A stretch of 52,269 nt of DNA, from positions 1 through 52,269 of the forward strand of contig JAXMNT010000053.1 of NCBI GenBank assembly GCA_034670305.1, given 5' to 3'. The position numbers were made by a program, and so were the translations under genes. Shown here in pieces: positions 46,146 to 52,269 of the stretch. Below the pieces are notes generated by a model. The model made no database searches, had not been told where the DNA came from, and saw only the letters and a program-made list of their open reading frames with translations. Position 1 is the stretch's first letter; the number at the start of each line of letters is the position of its first letter. The DNA is from Deltaproteobacteria bacterium (GTDB taxonomy: Bacteria; Myxococcota_A; Polyangia; Polyangiales; Houyiibacteriaceae).

Positions 46146-49100
46146 TTAGCGGAGCTGGATGGCGGAGGCGCCGAGCAGGCGTTCGATGCTGGCGCGGAGG
46201 GCGTCGCTGGGATCGACGGTGAGGCCGGTGTCGCTGAGGGTGACGGACCAGTGGCCTCGGTGGATGAGCTCGAGGCTGACGGGGACGGAGCCGGGGAACT
46301 TGGCGAGGGCTGTCTTCAGCGACTCGAGGCGCTCTCGGTCCACTTCGTCGACGTCGACGCGCACGGCGACGGCGCGCGCCTTTTTGGCCAACGTGTCGGT
46401 CAGAAGCTCGGCGGAGTCCATGACGAGCTTGGTCTCGAGTGAGTCGCCGCCCCCGCGCGCCTCCTCGTGTTTGACCCGGCCGGTGACGACGACCGGTTCG
46501 CCGCTCTCCAGTAGGTCGCGCAGGCCCTCTTGGAGCAGCAGCTTCGGGCGCACGACGACTTCGATGCGGCCGCTGGGATCCTCGAGTTCGAAGAACGCGA
46601 TCGTCGTGCCGGTGCGGGTGCGGCGGGCGCGGAAGCCTTCGACGGATCCGCCCACCGTGACGCGCGCGTTGCGGTCCATGTGCTCGAGGGTCTCGGTGGT
46701 CGCGTTGCAGAAGCGCATCAGCTCTTTGACGTAGCGGTCGAGCGGATGGCCGGAGACGTAGAAGCCGAGGGTCGACTTCTCGCGCGCGAGTTGGTCGCGG
46801 CTGTCCCAGGGATCGATGCCGGAAGGAAACGTGCCGCCGCGGGCCGTGAACGCTTGTGCGCTCTCGTCGCTCAAGAGGCCGAAGAGGCTCTGCTGTCCGC
46901 TGGCTCGTTCCTGCGCCGCACGCCGCCCACGCTCGATCGCGGTTTCGATCGCGGTGAAGGCCTGCGCGCGATGCACGCCTTGCGACTGATGGATGGTGTC
47001 GAAGGCCCCGCTCTGCACGAGCGCTTCGCAGACGCCTTTGTTCACGCGGCGCATGTCGACGCGATCGCAGAAGTCGAACAGATCGACGAACGGCACGTTC
47101 TCTTCCCGGTCGTGTTCGTCGGTGGTGGTGCGCGCTTCGAAGAGCGCTTCGAGCGCACCCTGGCCGACGCCCTTGAGTGCACCGAGGCCGAAACGAATGC
47201 GCGGGCCGGCTGGGTCGTGGAGCCGCCCCTTCACACTGACCGGTTTGTTCGTTCGGTCGCCACGCGGGGCGTCCTCTTCGGTGTCCTTGGGTTCGTAGAC
47301 GACGGTGAAGTCGACCGCGCTCTGGTTCACGTCGGGCGGGAGCACGGTGATGCCGAGCGCACGTGCTTCGGCGACGGTGCGCACAACCTTCTCGGAGCGA
47401 TCCTTGTCCGCGGTCATCGTCGCGCAACAGAACTCGGCCGGGTAGTGCGCTTTGAGGTACGCGGTCTGGTAGGTGATGAGCGCGTAGGCCGCCGAGTGCG
47501 ACTTGTTGAAGCCGTACTGCGCGAAGCCTTCCATCAGGTCGAATACGTTCTCCGCGTCGCGGGCCGCGTGGCCGCGCTTCTCCGCGCCGGCGGTGAAGAT
47601 GGAGCGCTGCTTCTCCATCTCGGACTGCTTCTTCTTGCCCATCGCGCGACGAAGAATGTCCGCGCCACCGAGCGAGTAGCCCGCCATGTCCTGCGCGATG
47701 CGCATGACTTGTTCCTGGTAGACGATGACGCCGCGCGTGTCCTTGAGGATCGGCTCGAGGCTCGGGTGCGGGTACACGACCTTCGCGCGGCCATGTTTGC
47801 GGCGTACGAAGTCGTTGTGCATGTCCATGCTCATCGGGCCGGGCCGGTAGAGCGCGACGGCGGCGACGATGTCTTCGAAGCAGTCGGGCTTCAGCTCCTT
47901 GAAGAGCCCCTGCATGCCCTGCGATTCGAGCTGGAAGACGTTGGTGGTCTCGCCGCTCTGAAGGAGCGCGAAGGTCGCCAGGTCGGTGAGCGGAAGGGCA
48001 TCGATGTCGAACGGGTCGTCCGGGTTCGCGTCCGGTCGTTGACGAATGAGTTTCACCGCGATGTCGATGACCGTGAGGGTCTTCAGACCGAGGAAGTCGA
48101 ACTTGACGAGGCCCGCGGACTCGACGTCGTTCTTGTCGTACTGGGTGACGAGCGCGCCTTCTTCCGGACAGAACACCGGCACGTGATCCCAGATCGGTCC
48201 TTCGGAGATCACCACGCCCGCGGCGTGCATGCCGGCGTGGCGGGTGAGGTTTTCGACCTGCTGCGCGATGCCGACCAGTTCGCGCACTTCCGCGTCTTCG
48301 TCGATCAGAGCGCGCAGCCGCGGCTCTTGTTCGATGGCGTCCTTGATGGGCACGCTCTTGCCGCCGACGGGCTCGGGCACGAGCGTCGCGATGCGACCGG
48401 CGTCCTGCGGCGGCATGCCCATGACGCGTCCGACGTCGCGCACCGCGCTGCGGCTCTTGAGCTGATGGAACGTGGAGATCTGGCCGACCGAGTTGTGGCC
48501 GTACTTTTGGCGCACGTAGTCGATGACCCGGTCGCGCGTGTCCATGCAGAAGTCGATGTCGAAGTCGGGCATCGACACACGTTCCGGGTTCAGGAACCGT
48601 TCGAAGAGAAGGTCGTAGGGCAAGGGATCGAGGTTGGTGATCCCGAGCGCGTACGCGACCAGCGAGCCGGCGCCCGAACCGCGTCCGGGACCGACCGGGA
48701 TCCCGTTGTCCTTCGCCCAGCCGATGAAGTCGGCGACGATCAAGAAGTAGCCGGGGAACCCCATGCTGATGATGACGTCGAGTTCCACCGAGAGCCGGTC
48801 TTGGTAGACCGCGAGGTCCGGCTTCTCGCCGCGCGCGTGCATCTCGGCGATGCGCCGCGTCAGGCCCTCCTTGGACTCGGTGCGCAGGTGCTCCGGTTCG
48901 GTCTGACCTTCGGGGACCGAGAAGCGGGGCAGCTTGGGATCGGCGAGCGGGTTGGCTTTGCCGGCGGTGCGTTCGGCGATGACCAACGTGTTGGTGATCG
49001 CCTCGGGCGCGTCGGCGAAGAGCTCGCTCATCTGCTCGGCGGACTTGAGGTACATCTCCGCGGAGTTGTGGTGCATGGCCTCCATCTCGCGGAGGGTGCG

Positions 49101-49778
49101 GCTCGCACCGATGCACTGGAGGGCGAGCTGTGCGCGGGCGCCAGCGCGTTCGGTGAAGTGGCAGCAGTTGGTCGCCACGAGCGGCAGGTCGCGCTCCTTG
49201 GCGAGGTCCCGCAGCACCCCATTCAGCGGGCGGTTCTCAGGGAAGCCATGGTCCTCGAGCTCGACGTAGAACGAGCCCTCGAAGATGTCGGCGAGCCGGA
49301 ACATGGCTTCCCGACCCGCGTCTGGCCCCTTCATCAGGACCTTCTGCGGCACGTACCCACCCATACACGCCGTCAGCGCGACGACGCCTTCGTGGTACTG
49401 CTCGAGCAACTCGAAGTCGACGCGCGGGGTGCCGTCGACCATGCCTTCAACCCAGCCCAGCGAGACCAGCCGGACGATGTTCTGGTACCCGAGCTGGCTC
49501 TCGGCGAGGAGCACCAGGTGGCCAGCGTCCGTGGCCGCGGGGTCGGCACGGTGGCCGCCGACCATGGTCACCTCGGCCCCCAGGATGGGTTTCACGTCGG
49601 TGCCGCGGCACGCCTGATGGAGCTGCACCGCGCCGTACATGTTGGCGCGATCGGTCAACGCGACCGCGGGCATCTTGAGCTCGCCGCACTTCTTGACGAG
49701 CTCCTTGATGCGGATGGCGCCATCCAACATCGTGAACTCCGAGTGCACGTGCAGATGCACGAAGCCAGCATCACTCAT
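46146..49778 (-). CDS. dnaE: DNA polymerase III alpha subunit
   Basis: FVHLHVHS PHP domain, GPGRGSGAGS, FERFLNPERVSMPDFDIDF, KFDFLGL, YGFNKSH, OB fold. Confidence 0.98.
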   Translation of the reverse strand: MSDAGFVHLHVHSEFTMLDGAIRIKELVKKCGELKMPAVALTDRANMYGAVQLHQACRGTDVKPILGAEVTMVGGHRADPAATDAGHLVLLAESQLGYQNIVRLVSLGWVEGMVDGTPRVDFELLEQYHEGVVALTACMGGYVPQKVLMKGPDAGREAMFRLADIFEGSFYVELEDHGFPENRPLNGVLRDLAKERDLPLVATNCCHFTERAGARAQLALQCIGASRTLREMEAMHHNSAEMYLKSAEQMSELFADAPEAITNTLVIAERTAGKANPLADPKLPRFSVPEGQTEPEHLRTESKEGLTRRIAEMHARGEKPDLAVYQDRLSVELDVIISMGFPGYFLIVADFIGWAKDNGIPVGPGRGSGAGSLVAYALGITNLDPLPYDLLFERFLNPERVSMPDFDIDFCMDTRDRVIDYVRQKYGHNSVGQISTFHQLKSRSAVRDVGRVMGMPPQDAGRIATLVPEPVGGKSVPIKDAIEQEPRLRALIDEDAEVRELVGIAQQVENLTRHAGMHAAGVVISEGPIWDHVPVFCPEEGALVTQYDKNDVESAGLVKFDFLGLKTLTVIDIAVKLIRQRPDANPDDPFDIDALPLTDLATFALLQSGETTNVFQLESQGMQGLFKELKPDCFEDIVAAVALYRPGPMSMDMHNDFVRRKHGRAKVVYPHPSLEPILKDTRGVIVYQEQVMRIAQDMAGYSLGGADILRRAMGKKKQSEMEKQRSIFTAGAEKRGHAARDAENVFDLMEGFAQYGFNKSHSAAYALITYQTAYLKAHYPAEFCCATMTADKDRSEKVVRTVAEARALGITVLPPDVNQSAVDFTVVYEPKDTEEDAPRGDRTNKPVSVKGRLHDPAGPRIRFGLGALKGVGQGALEALFEARTTTDEHDREENVPFVDLFDFCDRVDMRRVNKGVCEALVQSGAFDTIHQSQGVHRAQAFTAIETAIERGRRAAQERASGQQSLFGLLSDESAQAFTARGGTFPSGIDPWDSRDQLAREKSTLGFYVSGHPLDRYVKELMRFCNATTETLEHMDRNARVTVGGSVEGFRARRTRTGTTIAFFELEDPSGRIEVVVRPKLLLQEGLRDLLESGEPVVVTGRVKHEEARGGGDSLETKLVMDSAELLTDTLAKKARAVAVRVDVDEVDRERLESLKTALAKFPGSVPVSLELIHRGHWSVTLSDTGLTVDPSDALRASIERLLGASAIQLR

Positions 49779-49824
49779 CGGCGGAGGCTACCCCATCTCG
49801 CGAAGCGAGCCAGGCCCGTAGTGC

Positions 49825-50490
49825 CTATAAAGAAGCGCGGCGTTCGAGTCGGATCGGGCGGAACCAGCGGCGCAAGAGCAGGAGGTTCGCGAGGACGAAC
49901 AAGAGCGCCAGCACCGCGAGGCCGACCGACCACAGGTAGCTCCCCGGCGGCTCGTCGACCATCAACACGTAGGTTTCGGCGCTGATGGGAAAGTCTCCGG
50001 CTTCGAAGTGCCGGCGGACCGCGGAGAACCGACCACCGAGCTCGCCCACCGTGACCAGGCGACCCGAGTAGGTGGTCCGCGGATCGGCCCGTCCGCTGCG
50101 GGAACCGTTCGCGGCCACGTGCGCGAGGATCCGGCGCTGCCCGGCGAGCGGGAACACCGCGTAGCTGCCACCGAGGAGCCGGGTGTAGTGCACCGTGCGC
50201 GACGCCATCGGGGTGCCTTCGATGCTCACGAAGGCGTTGGTCTGCAGTCCGGCGGTGTCGAGCTCCGTGACCTGGCCGAGCGACTGCACCGCATCGCCGG
50301 CGAAGAAGTACGCGAGATCGCTGCGGAGGCTGGCCAGCAAAGCGAGCGAGGTCGCCACGACAAGCGCCATCAACGTCATCGTCGCGAACCGCCGGCCTCG
50401 CGCGGGCGCAGGCAGCGCGGCGAGCTCGGGGTCCACCCCTTCGACGAGGGGCACGAGGGTCTTGGCGTCGGCGGTTTCCACGCGGGTCAC
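49825..50490 (-). CDS. hypothetical membrane protein (two TM helices flanking a periplasmic domain)
   Basis: 221-aa ORF co-oriented upstream of dnaE. Confidence 0.75.
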   Translation of the reverse strand: MTRVETADAKTLVPLVEGVDPELAALPAPARGRRFATMTLMALVVATSLALLASLRSDLAYFFAGDAVQSLGQVTELDTAGLQTNAFVSIEGTPMASRTVHYTRLLGGSYAVFPLAGQRRILAHVAANGSRSGRADPRTTYSGRLVTVGELGGRFSAVRRHFEAGDFPISAETYVLMVDEPPGSYLWSVGLAVLALLFVLANLLLLRRWFRPIRLERRASL

Positions 50491-50585
50491 GAGAGTTCAG
50501 GACACCCCGGACGCCGGAAAGTTCTGAACTAGGGACGTATGTAGCCGTTTTCTCGGTTGAAGGGAATTGTGCGGGTGCAGGCCCC

Positions 50586-50645
50586 AAACGAAAACCCCCG
50601 CAACGAACATTGCGGGGGTCGATGTCGAAACCTGGGGTTTCGACA
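50586..50645 (-). terminator. intrinsic terminator (two tandem hairpins)
   Basis: acccccgcaa-N6-ttgcgggggt with a minus-strand U tract; second stem tgtcgaaacc-N3-ggtttcgaca. Confidence 0.75.
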
Positions 50646-50659
50646 GAGTCTCGGGCTTC

Positions 50660-51019
50660 TCAGCTGCGCTTGCGGGCGGCCTGAAGCCGATCCCAGAGCC
50701 GGGGCGAAGACCAGTCGGCGAAGTGCTTGCTGAACGTGGCGTCCTTGCGGCCTTCCGCCTCCAGGATGGCCTTCACGAGCGCGTCGCGGGTCTTGAACTC
50801 GCTCTTGATGGTGTCGAGCACATCGAGCAGGCGAAGGAGTTTGGCGTTCGAGACATGCTCGAGGCCCTTGTCGCCGAGTCCGTCGGTCCAGAGACCGCCG
50901 TCCACGTGCTTCTTCACGGCTGCAACGAGCTTGGTTTTGGTGGCCTTGCGGGCCTTCGTGGGATCTTTCTCGTCGATCCCGAAACGCTTTTTCGCGGCTG
51001 CGAGTGGCGTGAGCTTCAT
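50660..51019 (-). CDS. small basic hypothetical protein
   Basis: AGGAG RBS; 119 aa, Lys-rich; KGLEHVSNAKLL; own terminator. Confidence 0.8.
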   Translation of the reverse strand: MKLTPLAAAKKRFGIDEKDPTKARKATKTKLVAAVKKHVDGGLWTDGLGDKGLEHVSNAKLLRLLDVLDTIKSEFKTRDALVKAILEAEGRKDATFSKHFADWSSPRLWDRLQAARKRS

Positions 51020-51152
51020 GACTGGACTCCTAAGGGCCGGTGAATCACCCGGCGGGGCAGGCGAGGTAGCACCGCTCGTGGGCGCGGGCAAGCATCGGGA
51101 ACCGCCACAAACGGAATCATTCAGCGGGTGAAGCCAGTTATGCTCCCCCCGC

Positions 51153-52148
51153 ATGTTGGCAGCAGACCTCCCCCAATGGCTCGTATGGGGCGCCGCGTTC
51201 CTGTTCGGGGCCCTGTGGGGGAGTTTCTTCAACGTCGCGATCTATCGGTGGCCGCGCCAGATGAGCGTGGTCACGCCGCCGAGCCACTGCCCCTCGTGTG
51301 GCACTCCGGTCGCCTGGTACCGAAACGTCCCTATTTTCGCGTACTTGGCGATGCGGGGACGCACCACCTGCTGCAAGACCAAGCTGACCCCTCGCTACCT
51401 CCTCATCGAAGTGGTGTCGGCGCTCCTGTGCGTCGCGTTCGCCGAACGGATCATCGTCCGTGCCGATGGCATGCAGGAGGTCCTGCCGCTCGTGCTCTCC
51501 ACGCTCGCTTGGTTCTTCTTCGCGGGCGGGCTCCTGGTGGCGACCTTCATCGATCTGGAATGGATGATGATCCCCGACGAGGTCAGCCTGCCGGGCGCCG
51601 CGCTGGGGCTCGCGACCGTGAGTCTTCGAGGCGGCGATGCAGCCGACATGGCGCTCGGTGCAGGCGCTGGGTACCTCGTCATCCAGGTGCTCTTCGTCTG
51701 GGGCTACGAGCACCTCAGCGGCCGACGGGGCATGGGCGAGGGCGACTCGAAACTGCTCCTCTTCATCGGGGCCTTCACCGGCTGGAAGGGCGCGGTCTTC
51801 GCGCTCGTCGCGGGATCGATGCAAGGCCTCGTGGTCGCGATCGGCGCCAAACTCACGGGGCGCAGCGTCGCCCCCGAAGAGCATTTGATCGAGTCGCTGG
51901 AAGACTGCTGTGCGCCGGGCGAGGATCCGTCGCAGGGCGCACGCTGCATCGATGCGGAAGGGGCGGCGGCGGAGATCTTCCTGGACGAAGATCTGGACCC
52001 GCCCGAGCCATCCGGCGACTCGGAATCGGACGCGGAAGAGGAGGCGCCCCGCGCCCGAATTCCGTTCGGCCCATTTCTGGCGCTCGGCGCGCTCGAGTGG
52101 GTGTTCTTTGGGGACGAGATCCTGGATTGGTACCTGTCGCTCTTCTAG
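51153..52148 (+). CDS. pilD: prepilin peptidase (A24)
   Basis: GSFFNVAIYRWP, SHCPSC, IDLE (Asp1), GMGEGDSKL (Asp2), IPFGPFL. Confidence 0.94.
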   Translation: MLAADLPQWLVWGAAFLFGALWGSFFNVAIYRWPRQMSVVTPPSHCPSCGTPVAWYRNVPIFAYLAMRGRTTCCKTKLTPRYLLIEVVSALLCVAFAERIIVRADGMQEVLPLVLSTLAWFFFAGGLLVATFIDLEWMMIPDEVSLPGAALGLATVSLRGGDAADMALGAGAGYLVIQVLFVWGYEHLSGRRGMGEGDSKLLLFIGAFTGWKGAVFALVAGSMQGLVVAIGAKLTGRSVAPEEHLIESLEDCCAPGEDPSQGARCIDAEGAAAEIFLDEDLDPPEPSGDSESDAEEEAPRARIPFGPFLALGALEWVFFGDEILDWYLSLF

Positions 52149-52225
52149 CAGGTTGCTGAAGAACGCCCGCAGGGCGTTCTCGCAGCCTGCCCCTTGCCCC
52201 TGCCCTTGCCTTTGCCCTTGCCCGC
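52145..52225 (+). repeat. CTAG-anchored hairpin plus (CCCTTG)n repeat element, copy 2
   Basis: ctagcaggttgctgaa...hairpin...cccttgcccctgcccttgcctttgcccttgcccgc; inverted relative to 63-125. Confidence 0.75.
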
Positions 52226-52269
52226 GGATCAGCGGTCAGATCGCTTGATCAGCGCGACGAGCATCGCGA

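Noticed and set aside
47200-47310. Possible intein in dnaE
   Set aside because: Only a short (about 30 aa) loop insertion; no C/S...HN splice motifs, and total length is normal
46530-49985. 1151-aa plus-strand ORF and the 1057-aa ORF 45943..49116
   Set aside because: Antisense and alternate-frame shadows of dnaE, typical of high-GC DNA; no motifs

Overview
High-GC window, most likely from a myxobacterium (Myxococcota, Polyangiales/Sandaracinaceae-like), judged from Cys-rich lipoproteins with DAG linkers, FG-GAP/RCC1 surface proteins, a MYXO-CTERM-like tail, sigma-54 regulation and mutH. It carries about 45 CDS, including dnaE, pilD, rhlE, mutH, a CDC48/p97-type ATPase, sulP-can, a TetR-P450 pair, a two-component system and an amidase-DPBB lysin, plus tRNA-Lys(TTT) and tRNA-Glu(TTC). 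The best candidate for an undescribed system is 3072-8286. There, a motif-permuted DHH phosphoesterase fused to a CorA-like two-TM domain (resembling type III CRISPR NrN/CorA effectors, with no cas gene in the window) is transcribed divergently from a Rad50/RloC-like zinc-hook ABC ATPase coupled to a small HEPN-like protein. Other observations: many probable leaderless genes (TANNNT-N6-8-start, plus two sigma-54 promoters 13 nt from the ATG), a 166-bp MITE with perfect 23-bp inverted repeats, a CTAG-anchored repeat in inverted orientation at both window ends, three TCGGNN hexamer arrays, a five-gene surface hydrolase/beta-barrel cluster and two gene remnants downstream of the tRNAs. All family assignments come from motif recognition by eye; no database searches were run.
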